Assembly (NCBI GenBank): GCA_016181765.1
Contig: JACOYR010000001.1
Span: 93,062-157,061, forward strand
Source of the DNA: Parcubacteria group bacterium
GTDB lineage: Bacteria; Patescibacteriota; Patescibacteriia; UBA2169
DNA length: 64,000 nt
Reading direction: 5' to 3'
In this document: positions 37,047-47,055 of the stretch, piece after piece
How the letters are laid out: each line of letters starts with the position of its first letter
Numbering within the stretch: position 1 is the stretch's first letter
Notes under the pieces: generated by a model
The model's input: the letters and a program-made list of their open reading frames with translations, nothing else
What the model was told of the DNA's origin: nothing
Database searches by the model: none
Translations under genes and position numbers: made by a program

Positions 37047-37759
37047 ACTTTTTTTGAAAGTAAAAACTCTGCAAACTCCAAATCCTGCGGCTCGTTGATG
37101 TCAACAGAACGCTCGCTCGGCATACTATATGCACGCGACACCGTGCCGAACAAATCATTGTTCATAATATGCTCCGTCTTAGTAAGATAAATGGCGCAGT
37201 TGCGCTTGTATGCTTTTTTGCCGTTCTGCCGCAAGGCGGATGACGCGCCCTCATCGCCAAACAGAGGGCGGATAACGTCGCCGTCTATCTCTTTAACCTT
37301 AACCGGGTCAAAATCAGAAAGCGCAACCATGCTCATCACGGAATCCGCATCTGTCTCAACTGCTTTTTTGATAGCCGAGTCAATATCGTCCGCCGTGCGC
37401 AGAGGTGAAGTTGGTTGGAGAATCATTACATAATCATATGCTTGTCCCTCGTTATCCTTGAGCCATGCAAGCGCATGCTGGACAACAGGAAGGTGTGGCG
37501 TGTCATCTTGTGCGAGTTCAACAGGCCGCATAAACGGAATATCAGCTCCGTACTCACGACTTACCCGCGCGATTTCCTGATTATCTGTTGAGACAACGGT
37601 GCGTGTGAGCAACCGGCTTTTTTGCGCGGCATCAATCGTATACCAAATCAACGGCTTGCCGGAAAGCTCGGCAAGATTTTTGCGCGGAATGCTTGTTGAG
37701 CCGCCCCGCGCCGTGATAATGCCTATAATGCGCTTATCTTTGTACATACTAGTCAACAA
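37043..37759 (-). CDS. CMP-nonulosonate synthetase (acylneuraminate cytidylyltransferase family), copy 1
   Basis: IGIITARGGSTSIPRKNL...GKPLI is the NeuA/CTP_transf_3 N-terminal signature. Confidence 0.8.
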   Translation of the reverse strand: MLTSMYKDKRIIGIITARGGSTSIPRKNLAELSGKPLIWYTIDAAQKSRLLTRTVVSTDNQEIARVSREYGADIPFMRPVELAQDDTPHLPVVQHALAWLKDNEGQAYDYVMILQPTSPLRTADDIDSAIKKAVETDADSVMSMVALSDFDPVKVKEIDGDVIRPLFGDEGASSALRQNGKKAYKRNCAIYLTKTEHIMNNDLFGTVSRAYSMPSERSVDINEPQDLEFAEFLLSKKV

Positions 37760-38897
37760 ACTTTTTCTGCGAATACAATTTTATCTTGGCAAGCGTTTGC
37801 GCGATTTTGGCGCTGGTTCCTTTTTTGTAATAGATGGATGACGGCTCGTATGGCCCGTGGCTAACCTGCCGCTTGATGGCGCGCTTGATTTCAGCTTTGC
37901 CGTAACCAACGTCAACCACATTTCCAGCCCGCATGCGCCGGTTCTGGCGCGTGCCGATGTTCACCACCGGAACCCCGAGATATGAGCACTCTTTAATGCC
38001 GGCCGATGAATTGCCAACGAGGCATGACGCGCGCTTGAGAAGCCCAATGAACTGCTCCGGCGGCAAATGCTTGAGGAACCGCATGTGGTGCGGCTTTTTG
38101 AGCTCCCGAAACTCGCGGATTGCCTTGGAAACCTCGTCCGCGCCCGCGTCCACGTTCGGCCAGAACCAAACAGTCGGAATGTTAAGCGAACGGACGGCCT
38201 CAAGCGTTTCTGTAAGGTGAGCGCGGTTAGCGCCAATCTCACTCGTAACCGGGTGCTGCATTGCTATCAGAAACGGCTTGTCAATATCAACAACATCCCC
38301 CACGCCGAGCTGGTTGATGAGCTTCTCTGAAACGCGGAACCGATTGCGCGCCACGAACTCAATGTCAGTCGCACCCACGTTGAACACATACTTCGGATTC
38401 TCGCCCATGCGGATAATGCGCTCTGCCGACTGTTCATTAGTGGGAAAATGGATGTGGCTAAGCTTGCTAATGGCATGGCGCACGCTCTCGTCTATGGTGC
38501 CAGAAACGTCCCCGCCCTCTAGGTGCGCAACCGGAATGTTAAGGTATGCGGCAGCCACTGCGGCGGAGAGCACCTCGTACCGATCTCCGCGCACCACAAC
38601 AATGTCGGGCTTGAGGTTATCAAACGCGGTCGTAAATTCCATAATGCCAACACCCGCTGTTTTCGCCATGGCAACCGTGTTGCCGCCCTCAAGCGTCATG
38701 ACAATTTTATTGTTGACGGCAAAACCGTCACGTTCCAAATCATCCAAAACATTTCCATACATATCCAAGAGCGCGGAGGCGGCAACCACGATTGAAAGTT
38801 CCACGTCCGCGCGCTTGCGCAAGTGGAGAAGCACGAGCTTGCTGCGGCCGTAGTGGATTTTGGAAGTGATGACAAAACAAACTTTTCTCTTCTTCAT
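37749..38897 (-). CDS. Hydrolysing UDP-N-acetylglucosamine 2-epimerase (NeuC-type), copy 1
   Basis: The 382 aa ORF has blocks conserved in the NeuC family (DIVVVRGDRYEVLSAAVAAAYLNIPVAHLEGGDVSG; HFPTNE). Confidence 0.8.
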   Translation of the reverse strand: MKKRKVCFVITSKIHYGRSKLVLLHLRKRADVELSIVVAASALLDMYGNVLDDLERDGFAVNNKIVMTLEGGNTVAMAKTAGVGIMEFTTAFDNLKPDIVVVRGDRYEVLSAAVAAAYLNIPVAHLEGGDVSGTIDESVRHAISKLSHIHFPTNEQSAERIIRMGENPKYVFNVGATDIEFVARNRFRVSEKLINQLGVGDVVDIDKPFLIAMQHPVTSEIGANRAHLTETLEAVRSLNIPTVWFWPNVDAGADEVSKAIREFRELKKPHHMRFLKHLPPEQFIGLLKRASCLVGNSSAGIKECSYLGVPVVNIGTRQNRRMRAGNVVDVGYGKAEIKRAIKRQVSHGPYEPSSIYYKKGTSAKIAQTLAKIKLYSQKKFVD

Positions 38898-38902
38898 ATT
38901 GC

Positions 38903-39985
38903 TTAACTGATTGAATCAGCGGTTATGGGATCATATTTTTTAAAATCTTTTGCTGCTTTCTTGCCGACAACATTCTCATACTCCTCGGAGGGTAAACCCC
39001 CTGCGTACTGCTGCGGCCGCATGGCATACACCATCTCTTTGGTGATAACTGTCCCTGACGGGATGTCTTGTCCGGCCATAAGCGACTTCCTGAATACCGG
39101 GCGGAATGACTTTTCGTGTTCATCCATCTCCTTAATTCCCAAACCATACGGCGCACTATCGCGCCTTTCAGTCTTCTGAATGGCCCGTATCATTTCCCGC
39201 AACTCATCCGGAGTCTGCGAAACCTTGTGGTCCGAACCCCATAAATCACGGCTTGCGGTAAAATGTTTTTCAATAATAGCCGCACCCTTCTCAACTGCCA
39301 CAAGCGCCGCATCATATCCCAGTGAATGGTCGGAAAACCCAACCGGCACGCCGTACCGCTTCTTAAGGTATGGAATAGTGTCCAAAAACAATTCTTCCGG
39401 CGGGCACGGATATTTTGAGACGCAGTGCAGGATTGCAATCTTATCAGTCCGCTCTTTAAGGAACGCCACGGACCGATCCAGTTCTTCTATAGTGCTCATA
39501 CCCGAAGAAAGGATAATGGGCTTTTTTGTTTCCGCGAGATAATCAAGCAGTACGAAATCCAGCATATCCCCGGAGCCAACTTTCCAAAGTGGAAAATCAA
39601 GAGATGCAACGCGCTGTGCCGCGCCCCGGCTCATAGGCGTCGTGAACATCACGATATCCAAACTGTCTGCGTACTCTTTCAATGCTTTCCAGAATTCCAG
39701 CGGAGTTGCTTCGGTATTTCGTTTTACCCAAGAATATCGGTCTGCGCCGTCAAAATGCGGAGACGTAATCTGAATATTCAGCTGCTCATCTTCTACATTG
39801 TGCGTCTGAAACTTGACTGCGTCGGCGCCCGCGTCTTTTGCCGCCTTTATCAAATTCTTAGCATTTTCAAGATACACCTTGCGATCATCCTCTTCTTTCT
39901 GGATGAAATTCTTTCCAATTTCCGCAACCACAAACACGCCTTCTTGTGTCTTCTTCCAAATTACATCATGGTCGCGCATATGCAT
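38903..39985 (-). CDS. NeuB-family nonulosonic acid synthase (N-acetylneuraminate, legionaminate or pseudaminate synthase), copy 1
   Basis: TIM-barrel synthase motifs (AEIGKNF; KFQT; GFSDHS) and a C-terminal SAF domain. Confidence 0.8.
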   Translation of the reverse strand: MHMRDHDVIWKKTQEGVFVVAEIGKNFIQKEEDDRKVYLENAKNLIKAAKDAGADAVKFQTHNVEDEQLNIQITSPHFDGADRYSWVKRNTEATPLEFWKALKEYADSLDIVMFTTPMSRGAAQRVASLDFPLWKVGSGDMLDFVLLDYLAETKKPIILSSGMSTIEELDRSVAFLKERTDKIAILHCVSKYPCPPEELFLDTIPYLKKRYGVPVGFSDHSLGYDAALVAVEKGAAIIEKHFTASRDLWGSDHKVSQTPDELREMIRAIQKTERRDSAPYGLGIKEMDEHEKSFRPVFRKSLMAGQDIPSGTVITKEMVYAMRPQQYAGGLPSEEYENVVGKKAAKDFKKYDPITADSIS

Positions 39986-39988
39986 CTG

Positions 39989-41242
39989 TTAACTCACTTT
40001 GTACCGCAACTGCCAGGTATCCCCTTCTTTCTTCCAGAGCAACGGGTCGCGGAATGTATCAACCGTCTCCCAAAACTTCTCTTCCGTAATATCAGCGTAC
40101 TCTAAAAATTCCTTAAAGTACTTCTTGGGGAACTCCCCGTCAAACCGATTTACCAGCGCAACGCCCTCCTCCCGCGTGATGTGCCGATGCCGGATTTCCG
40201 ACGCCGCATCCTGTGTGGCGCGGCCGTAGCCGAACTTGATGTACGTAGTGTAATAGAAAAACCCGTCTGTCTTGTCATCCAAACTTACATACTTGGTGTA
40301 CGTGCCTTCGGTGCGCATGGGGTTTGTTTCAAAACCCGCGTTCTCTACGGCGTAGTAATAGCACTCCTGCGGAATCCATTTGAGATAGTACCCTAAAAAA
40401 TGAAACTCAATTCCCGATTCTCGCGCAAGCCGCGGGTCAAGCGGCAGGTACGGTGATAAATCCCCTTCTGAAACACCCGCCTTCAGATACTCTGAAACCT
40501 TTTTTCCGCCGAGATATATTTTGTCGTAATCAGTCGTATCATCCACATAATCAAGCCGAAATCCCGAACTTTTGTGGCCCGTGCTTTCTGCTTCTTTCAA
40601 GATATACCTGTTCTGCGTAATGGGCGTGTTGCCTCCGTTTTCTCCCGGGCTTGGGCCGTAGAACACCAGCGGTATGCCGAACCGGGCCGCCATTTTAATG
40701 GGAAACGTCTTTTGCCCCAGAATGAACGGCTGGAACGGGTGCAAGAGGTTCAAGAAAGCGTTCTTGGTGAGCAGGCGGTGCACCTCCCCGTTCGGGGTAA
40801 ACAAATAGTTGTCGTGCCCTGCGATATGTATCCAGTTCTGGAAATTCTTCCATCCGATATCCGTGTACAAATGCGGCGCCCAGGTCACGGTTAAGGGGTG
40901 CATATTGTATTTTGTCTTGAGGATGTGGGACGCGTACACGCTGTCCTTGCCTCCGCTCCCCGGAACCAAACAGTCGTATGAGCCGTCCTTTGAACGGTAC
41001 TTATCCAGCAACGCACATAATTCTTCCTCCCGCTCTTTCCAATTTATGGTTCCGTCAAATTTTGCATCGCAAAACCGGCACGCGCTACATACGCCTTCTT
41101 CATCAAACTCAATATAGTCGTGCCCGCGCGCTACCTGGTGCGTGTACTCGTTTGAGGCCGTGGGCCTGGTGTTCGGGATAACGCACCGCTTGCAGAATTT
41201 TACCTCTTGCGGAAGGCCGTATTTTGGTTCTTGGCGTATCAT
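39989..41242 (-). CDS. N-acetyl sugar amidotransferase (WbpG/PseA-like PP-loop ATPase)
   Basis: SGGKDS PP-loop and Cys-rich N-terminal zinc ribbons. It is followed by HisH and HisF homologues, which is the canonical acetamidino-forming trio. Confidence 0.75.
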   Translation of the reverse strand: MIRQEPKYGLPQEVKFCKRCVIPNTRPTASNEYTHQVARGHDYIEFDEEGVCSACRFCDAKFDGTINWKEREEELCALLDKYRSKDGSYDCLVPGSGGKDSVYASHILKTKYNMHPLTVTWAPHLYTDIGWKNFQNWIHIAGHDNYLFTPNGEVHRLLTKNAFLNLLHPFQPFILGQKTFPIKMAARFGIPLVFYGPSPGENGGNTPITQNRYILKEAESTGHKSSGFRLDYVDDTTDYDKIYLGGKKVSEYLKAGVSEGDLSPYLPLDPRLARESGIEFHFLGYYLKWIPQECYYYAVENAGFETNPMRTEGTYTKYVSLDDKTDGFFYYTTYIKFGYGRATQDAASEIRHRHITREEGVALVNRFDGEFPKKYFKEFLEYADITEEKFWETVDTFRDPLLWKKEGDTWQLRYKVS

Positions 41243-41874
41243 ACGAGTGAAAAAAAATTCTTGAAAATCTGAATGCCGAGAGTGCCGCTTTTCTCCGGAT
41301 GGAACTGGACTCCGTAGGTATTTTCTTTCTCAATTACAGCTGGAATTGAACTTTTACAATACCACGTATTGGCTGCTACGTCAACTAAATTAGTAGGATA
41401 TCCGGCATATGAATGAACAAAATATGCCTGCGAGCCCGGCTTTATTCCCTTAAGCAAGTGGCCGCGAAATTCATCCCCGTCTGGAGGCAGAAGCGTGTTC
41501 CAGCCGATGTGCGGAATTTTACAGAACGGCTCATTGGGAACTGAAATCTTTTTTACTTCACCGGGGATAATGCCAAGCCCCTGCTGCTCCCCGAACTCAT
41601 AGCTCTTGTCAAATAAAAATTGCATGCCCAAACAAATTCCCAAAAGCGGCTTGCCGGCCTTGACCTCATCAAGAACAGCTTGTTTAAAACCCCGCTTTTC
41701 AAATTCAGCCATGCCGTCTCCAAATGCGCCCACTCCGGGCAGAACCAGCGCATCCGCGCCGGATATATCCTCGGGATGTTCGGATGGGGAAACGTCTGCG
41801 CCCGCGTACGCGAGCGCTTTTTTGAGGCCGAACAAATTGCCGAGTCCGTAGTCAATGATGAGTATTTTTTTCAT
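41239..41874 (-). CDS. Glutamine amidotransferase, HisH-like (WbuY-type)
   Basis: Class I glutamine amidotransferase triad context: GICLGMQ, then H and E near the C-terminus (FHPEKS). Confidence 0.8.
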   Translation of the reverse strand: MKKILIIDYGLGNLFGLKKALAYAGADVSPSEHPEDISGADALVLPGVGAFGDGMAEFEKRGFKQAVLDEVKAGKPLLGICLGMQFLFDKSYEFGEQQGLGIIPGEVKKISVPNEPFCKIPHIGWNTLLPPDGDEFRGHLLKGIKPGSQAYFVHSYAGYPTNLVDVAANTWYCKSSIPAVIEKENTYGVQFHPEKSGTLGIQIFKNFFSLV

Positions 41875-42638
41875 ATCCGAACCGGTATGGAATTATTCCG
41901 TAACGCTTCTTTTACTGATTGAATGGAGTGCTTGTTGTAATGGAATATGTGCGCCGCAGACACCGCGTCCGCGCATCCCGCCGTAATGACTTCAACCATG
42001 TCTTTGGGCTTTCCAGCGCCGCCGCACGCAATTACCGGAACCGGAACGTGCGGCGCGATGCGTGCAACGAGCTCCACATCATACCCCTTAGCAGTGCCCT
42101 CCTGGTCTATTGAGGTAACAAGCAGCTCCCCGGCCCCAAGATCAACAAGTTTTTGGGCCCACGTAACCGCGTCCAGGCCGGTTTCAACTCGGCCGTTGTC
42201 CGTGTATGCCTCCCACCTTCCTTCGCCAACGCGCTTTGCCTCAATGGATCCCACAATGCACTGCGCCCCGAACGCATGCGCCGCTTTGGTGATGAATGCG
42301 GGGTTTTTAACCGCATAGGTATTAATGGCGACCTTGTCCGCCCCGGCGCGCAGAATGCGCTTAATATCCTCAATGGACCGGATGCCGCCGCCTGCGGTAA
42401 GCGGGATAAATATGCGCTCTGAAGCTTTTTCCACGATATCCAGCAAATTGTTGCGGCCGTACAAACTGGCAACAATGTCCATATAGATAAGCTCGTCAGC
42501 GCCCCCTTCATAATAGCGCTTTGCCATGTCCTCGGGATCGCCGACCACGCGCAACGCTTCAAGATGCACGCCCTTTATGACGTTGGGGCCTTTTACATCC
42601 AAACGCGGGATGACTCTAATTGTTTTTGGAATGCCCAT
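41871..42638 (-). CDS. HisF-like cyclase subunit (WbuZ-type)
   Basis: (beta/alpha)8 HisA/HisF family blocks (DVKGPNVIKGV; TAGGGIRSIEDI; VIACGGAG). Confidence 0.8.
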   Translation of the reverse strand: MGIPKTIRVIPRLDVKGPNVIKGVHLEALRVVGDPEDMAKRYYEGGADELIYMDIVASLYGRNNLLDIVEKASERIFIPLTAGGGIRSIEDIKRILRAGADKVAINTYAVKNPAFITKAAHAFGAQCIVGSIEAKRVGEGRWEAYTDNGRVETGLDAVTWAQKLVDLGAGELLVTSIDQEGTAKGYDVELVARIAPHVPVPVIACGGAGKPKDMVEVITAGCADAVSAAHIFHYNKHSIQSVKEALRNNSIPVRI

Positions 42639-42662
42639 GGTATCATCTGTGAAGCTGAAAAT

Positions 42663-43343
42663 TTAAGAAAACCAGCCGCGCACTTTAAAGTAGTATTTCC
42701 TTGTAAAAACAAGCGTTTCCCAGAACATGAAATCCAGCCACCTCGCAATCGCTGAATGCGAGCGCTTGCAGCGCACTTCTAGTCCGCCCACCCATTTTTT
42801 GCCTTGGACGTATATTTGCTTGTGCACCCGAAACGCGCATACGTACTTTTTCTGGAGCGCCCGGCGGACCAGATCGCGCTGCAGCCCGCGGTACCCTTCT
42901 ATATATACCGCATCTACTGAATCCAGATATTCCAAAAACAACTGCGCCGCCAGAGGATACCCTCCGTCCCCCACGAGCCCGTTGCCGCCGTCAATAACCA
43001 CCACGCCATAATATTTTCCTGGCGGCAGCATCCGGTAGGTATCAATGATCTGGAAACGACCCTCAAATTCGGCTAAATTCTTTTTAAGCTCCCTGCGGCA
43101 AAATTCATTATCTTCGTAGATATCCAGAAAAGCATTGGAATGTTTTAACAGAGTATAGCTCAACGCGCCAATACCGCCACCCATCTCCAAAATCCTCTCA
43201 GGATTCGTGTCCCTGCAAATGTTGATAAGCGCATCTATGCTCACGGGCTTGCCAATATGTTCAGAACCGGGAAAACCTTGAAAACGGTTATAAATTCCAA
43301 CTGATTCACTTGAAGGTTGAATATTCATGTATTGTTTAATCAC
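42663..43343 (-). CDS. Class I SAM-dependent methyltransferase
   Basis: Motif I is ILEMGGGIG. Confidence 0.6.
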   Translation of the reverse strand: MIKQYMNIQPSSESVGIYNRFQGFPGSEHIGKPVSIDALINICRDTNPERILEMGGGIGALSYTLLKHSNAFLDIYEDNEFCRRELKKNLAEFEGRFQIIDTYRMLPPGKYYGVVVIDGGNGLVGDGGYPLAAQLFLEYLDSVDAVYIEGYRGLQRDLVRRALQKKYVCAFRVHKQIYVQGKKWVGGLEVRCKRSHSAIARWLDFMFWETLVFTRKYYFKVRGWFS

Positions 43344-43360
43344 TGCTAATCACACTCTTG

Positions 43361-44188
43361 CTATTTAACTCCCACCATAAAATGTTCTTGGGAAAGCAAA
43401 GCAGAACTTTTAAAAGGATGCTGCAGAAAACGATCGCGAACCCGGAATATGCGTTCGTATAATGCGGCAAGGCGCTGTTCGGCGGGCTGGCTGACGGGAG
43501 TGAATATGGGGAACGGGTTTGCGTGGAATGTATACACGTCCGTAAAGCCCGCTGCCCGCGCTTTTGCGGCATACTGGGCCGGAGTTTCACTGGTTCGGAA
43601 ATAATCTTTTTTGTGCTCCTCTTTATGGTGGGCAATCCTACGCGCCGCGCGGTAGATACGGTTAAGAGCCTGGACTGATGCCTTTTTAGGGATGTTGATG
43701 GAAACCAGCACCCCGCCTTTTTTAAGGACGCGGTACTGTTCGCGCAAAAGCGACATATAGTCCGGAACATGCTCAAGCAGGCCCACGGACATGGTCATAT
43801 CAAACGAATCATCCGCGAATGGAAGCCTTGCCGCATCCGCGCGGAGAATGTCTCCTTCGCCGTTGTGGAGCGCGAAATTTTCTTTTGCCAGCGCAACCGC
43901 GTCCTCCGAAATATCGGTTGCCGCAACGCGGACGCCAAAATAGCGGTTAAGGTACAGCGCCATGGTGCCGCGTCCGCAGCCGATTTCAAGCGCTGTTTTT
44001 ACTCCGTGCTTTTTCGCAATCTCGGCAATCAGCTCAAACTCACGGAACAGGATAAACTGGCGCTGCGTATGCGGAACATAACCCTGTGGCACAAACACGG
44101 AACGCTCTTCCTGATAGCCGCCCTTGAGCGCAGATGCCCATTTTGATTCAAATGCCTTGTTGTTATTTTCCATAGTGTGCTTGCGCAC
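43361..44188 (-). CDS. Class I SAM-dependent methyltransferase (Methyltransf_11-like)
   Basis: Motif I is ALEIGCGRG and the post-I acidic residue is ATDISEDA. Confidence 0.7.
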   Translation of the reverse strand: MRKHTMENNNKAFESKWASALKGGYQEERSVFVPQGYVPHTQRQFILFREFELIAEIAKKHGVKTALEIGCGRGTMALYLNRYFGVRVAATDISEDAVALAKENFALHNGEGDILRADAARLPFADDSFDMTMSVGLLEHVPDYMSLLREQYRVLKKGGVLVSINIPKKASVQALNRIYRAARRIAHHKEEHKKDYFRTSETPAQYAAKARAAGFTDVYTFHANPFPIFTPVSQPAEQRLAALYERIFRVRDRFLQHPFKSSALLSQEHFMVGVK

Positions 44189-45557
44189 CGCACGCTACGG
44201 CGTCCGCATACCGTTCGCCGCTCTTACCATCCAACTTAAAGCAGAGGCGCGCGCATACCGCCTTCTGGCTGTCCGCCAGCCGGTTTGATTCGCGCAGAAG
44301 CGTATTAATGGTTTCGCGAAGCGATTCGGGGTCACGCGCAACCAAAGCGGGGCGGTAGCGCATAAGCTCCGTATAGTAATCGCACACATACCAGCGCGCG
44401 CTGCTGGCATGGAATGGTTTTTTCTCGTATCCATCAAAGGTAATAAGTACTGTAGGCGTGCCGAGCGCTGCCGCATCCAGCGTAAGTGTTGAGCCGGTAT
44501 TCACCAGGACATCGGCATGGCGCACCACACTTAAAAAATGGTTCATGTGTCCCGTGGAATAGTCCCACTCATCTCGAAATCCCTTTGAAGGATGATTGTA
44601 TGTATCTATAACCACGCCGGGCTTGCCTGCCAGCGAACCAAACTTTTTTTCGTCATTTTTGTATCCGAAGTGGGGGCGGATAAACAGCTGGCAGTCTTGG
44701 CACAACATGCGTTTGTCCACGAAATCAGATAGCATCTCCGCAATAGGAACATCAGACAGCATCACTTTTCCTTCTGAACCAAAACATATAATCTTCTTTT
44801 TTGGATTAAGCCCCACCCGCAAGCAAAAATCTTCGCGCGACTCATGCCGGGAACGGTCCGTGTAGTAATCAAACTGGGGTATGCCCATCACCTCCACTTC
44901 GGTATCTCGATAATCCTGAAGCCGCATCATTTGCTCCTTCATATACGGACTCCACACGAACACCTTATCGGCTTTTGCACGGAAGTAGCGTTTTGAGGGG
45001 TTGTCCCACGTCTTTGGCATGGCAAAAACCGGAATCTGTTGGCGGCGCGCCGCTTTTATGATTGCTTCTTCTTCTATAATATTGGTAGCAAATACGACAC
45101 TTGGCTGGTATTTTTCAAATAACTGCTTATAGTGCGCGACTGCTTGCTTCTGTAAAAACAAATAATCAAGTCGCTGCAAGGCGCGGCGCGCCCAGGAGAC
45201 ATGTGAGAGGGGTTGGAACACCATCCGGATCGCGGTAAACTTAACCAGCTTAAAAATCCACGCAAGCCTCCCAGATATTTCTATGTACCAGTATAATCCC
45301 CGGCCAACAGTACTCTCGTTGAATATCAGGAACTTATACAATCGCGTAACCAGCGTGTCCCAAAACGTATCCTGTTCCACGGGCATGGAAACCATTTCCA
45401 CGTTGGGCGCGCCAAACGCCTCGCGAAAGCGCGCGTCATGCGCCGCGGGCGTCACAATCACAACCTTTTCAAAACGCCGCTTTACCGAATCGTAAAACGC
45501 GTTCTGCAGCATGTTGCGCGCAATTGCGCCGCGTGAAATAGTGAGGAGGAGGGTCAT
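44163..45557 (-). CDS. Putative GT-B-like transferase, TagF/CDP-glycerol glycerophosphotransferase-like or capsule-type transferase, paralog 1
   Basis: About 464 aa from the internal Met at 45557. It shares conserved blocks with the ORF at 56090-57523 (IPV..MPK.WDN; FGSEG; N.GSTLTLDAA). The family assignment is tentative. Confidence 0.45.
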   Translation of the reverse strand: MTLLLTISRGAIARNMLQNAFYDSVKRRFEKVVIVTPAAHDARFREAFGAPNVEMVSMPVEQDTFWDTLVTRLYKFLIFNESTVGRGLYWYIEISGRLAWIFKLVKFTAIRMVFQPLSHVSWARRALQRLDYLFLQKQAVAHYKQLFEKYQPSVVFATNIIEEEAIIKAARRQQIPVFAMPKTWDNPSKRYFRAKADKVFVWSPYMKEQMMRLQDYRDTEVEVMGIPQFDYYTDRSRHESREDFCLRVGLNPKKKIICFGSEGKVMLSDVPIAEMLSDFVDKRMLCQDCQLFIRPHFGYKNDEKKFGSLAGKPGVVIDTYNHPSKGFRDEWDYSTGHMNHFLSVVRHADVLVNTGSTLTLDAAALGTPTVLITFDGYEKKPFHASSARWYVCDYYTELMRYRPALVARDPESLRETINTLLRESNRLADSQKAVCARLCFKLDGKSGERYADAVACGAQAHYGK

Positions 45558-45567
45558 GGCAAAAAAA

Positions 45568-46593
45568 TTATCCGTTCTGCTGCATCCGCTGCAGCATTTT
45601 TTTAATTTCATCCACAGAAAGCTTTTTAACATTCTTGGAACTATACTCCGTAACCTGCCCCTTTTTTGCGCCGGGATACAGCGGTGCCTTTTTTTTGGCA
45701 TCCGGAACTTCCTGTGGAACAATAACAAACATGTCCTTGGTTTCGAGAGAATTCTCTGCCTCCTCTGCGGTGAGCAGCTTTTCGTGTATGCGCTCTCCGT
45801 TCCGCTTGCCAATCGTCTTAATGGCAACCTTCAGCGCCGCGCTGTTGCCACCGTTTTCCAGCTCCACAACCGCTTTTGCCAGATCTTTAATTTTCAAGGC
45901 AGGCATCTTAAAAATAAAAATCTCCCGGTCCCTCATGAGTGTTGCGGCCTTAAACACAAGGCTGACTGCATCCTGAATAGTCATAAAAAACCTGGTCATG
46001 CTTGGGTCGGTAATAGTAAGGGGTCCGCCTTGCCGAATCTGGCTTTGCAGGAGCGGCACTACGGAACCGCGACTGCCCAGCACATTACCAAAACGCACAA
46101 AACAGAACTTAGTCCTATGCGCGCCTTTGTAAAAATATGTGGCAAGCATAATCTTCTCCGCAAGAAGCTTGGTGCATCCCATAACACTCATAGGGCTTGC
46201 CGCTTTGTCCGTTGAAATGCCGATGACCTTTTCGACATCGTTCGCGAATGCGCAGTCAATCACGTTCTGCGTTCCCTGCACATTGGTTTTAACCGCCTCA
46301 AACGGATTATTCTCACAAGAGGTAACATGCTTAAGCGCGGCTGCATGAAATACAATATCAACATTTTCCATGGCCATATTGAGCCGCTCCTTGTCCCGGA
46401 TGTCGCCAACCAAAAACCTGACTCTCGAATCGCCTCCAAGCTCCTGTTCCAGCTCAAACTGCTTGCTCTCGTCCCGGCTATATATTCGGACCTGTTTCGG
46501 ATTGTAGGTTAAAAGCTGGCGCACAATCGCCGACCCGATGGTGCCCGTTCCTCCGGTCACTAAAATCCGTTTGCCGATAAATTCATTTTTCAT
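45568..46593 (-). CDS. UDP-N-acetylglucosamine 4,6-dehydratase-like (PseB/CapD short form), paralog 1
   Basis: ILVTGGTGTIGS, YSRDESKQ and a YxxxK region are typical of PseB/FlaA1-type dehydratases. Confidence 0.7.
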   Translation of the reverse strand: MKNEFIGKRILVTGGTGTIGSAIVRQLLTYNPKQVRIYSRDESKQFELEQELGGDSRVRFLVGDIRDKERLNMAMENVDIVFHAAALKHVTSCENNPFEAVKTNVQGTQNVIDCAFANDVEKVIGISTDKAASPMSVMGCTKLLAEKIMLATYFYKGAHRTKFCFVRFGNVLGSRGSVVPLLQSQIRQGGPLTITDPSMTRFFMTIQDAVSLVFKAATLMRDREIFIFKMPALKIKDLAKAVVELENGGNSAALKVAIKTIGKRNGERIHEKLLTAEEAENSLETKDMFVIVPQEVPDAKKKAPLYPGAKKGQVTEYSSKNVKKLSVDEIKKMLQRMQQNG

Positions 46594-46640
46594 ACAGTTC
46601 ACGCCGCTTAATAACAAATAATAAATACTCTTCCGCCAAG

Positions 46641-47045
46641 CTATACTGCTTCAAGGTTGCGCATGACTTTCGCAGGAACGCCATACGCAACAACATTATC
46701 CGGAATGTCTTTGGTTACAAAGGAGAAAGCCCCGACAATGGCATTCTCTCCTATGGTAACGCCCGGCATAATAACCGAATGGCTCCCGATTTTGCAATTT
46801 TTCTTAAGCGTCACTTTCCCCTCTTTGCCGTCAATGGTTGATATTGAATAAATCGAACAATGCGACCCAATCTGGACATGGTCCCCGATATCAACCCCGT
46901 TCTTAGCATTTATGTAGGTAAAAGCGCCAATATCGGTATGGGAACCCAGTATAAACTGCGGCACATGCCGCACAACCCAGTGCCAGCGGGTGGGTTTTCC
47001 TTCCTCAATAACCGGAGCTTCCCATGAATCAAATCGTGATTGCAT
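46641..47045 (-). CDS. Hexapeptide-repeat sugar acetyltransferase
   Basis: Left-handed beta-helix hexapeptide repeats (IGDHVQIGSHCSI...IGSHSVIMPGVTIGENAIVGA). The start is the internal Met at 47045. Confidence 0.65.
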   Translation of the reverse strand: MQSRFDSWEAPVIEEGKPTRWHWVVRHVPQFILGSHTDIGAFTYINAKNGVDIGDHVQIGSHCSIYSISTIDGKEGKVTLKKNCKIGSHSVIMPGVTIGENAIVGAFSFVTKDIPDNVVAYGVPAKVMRNLEAV

Positions 47046-47055
47046 ACAGTTCTTG

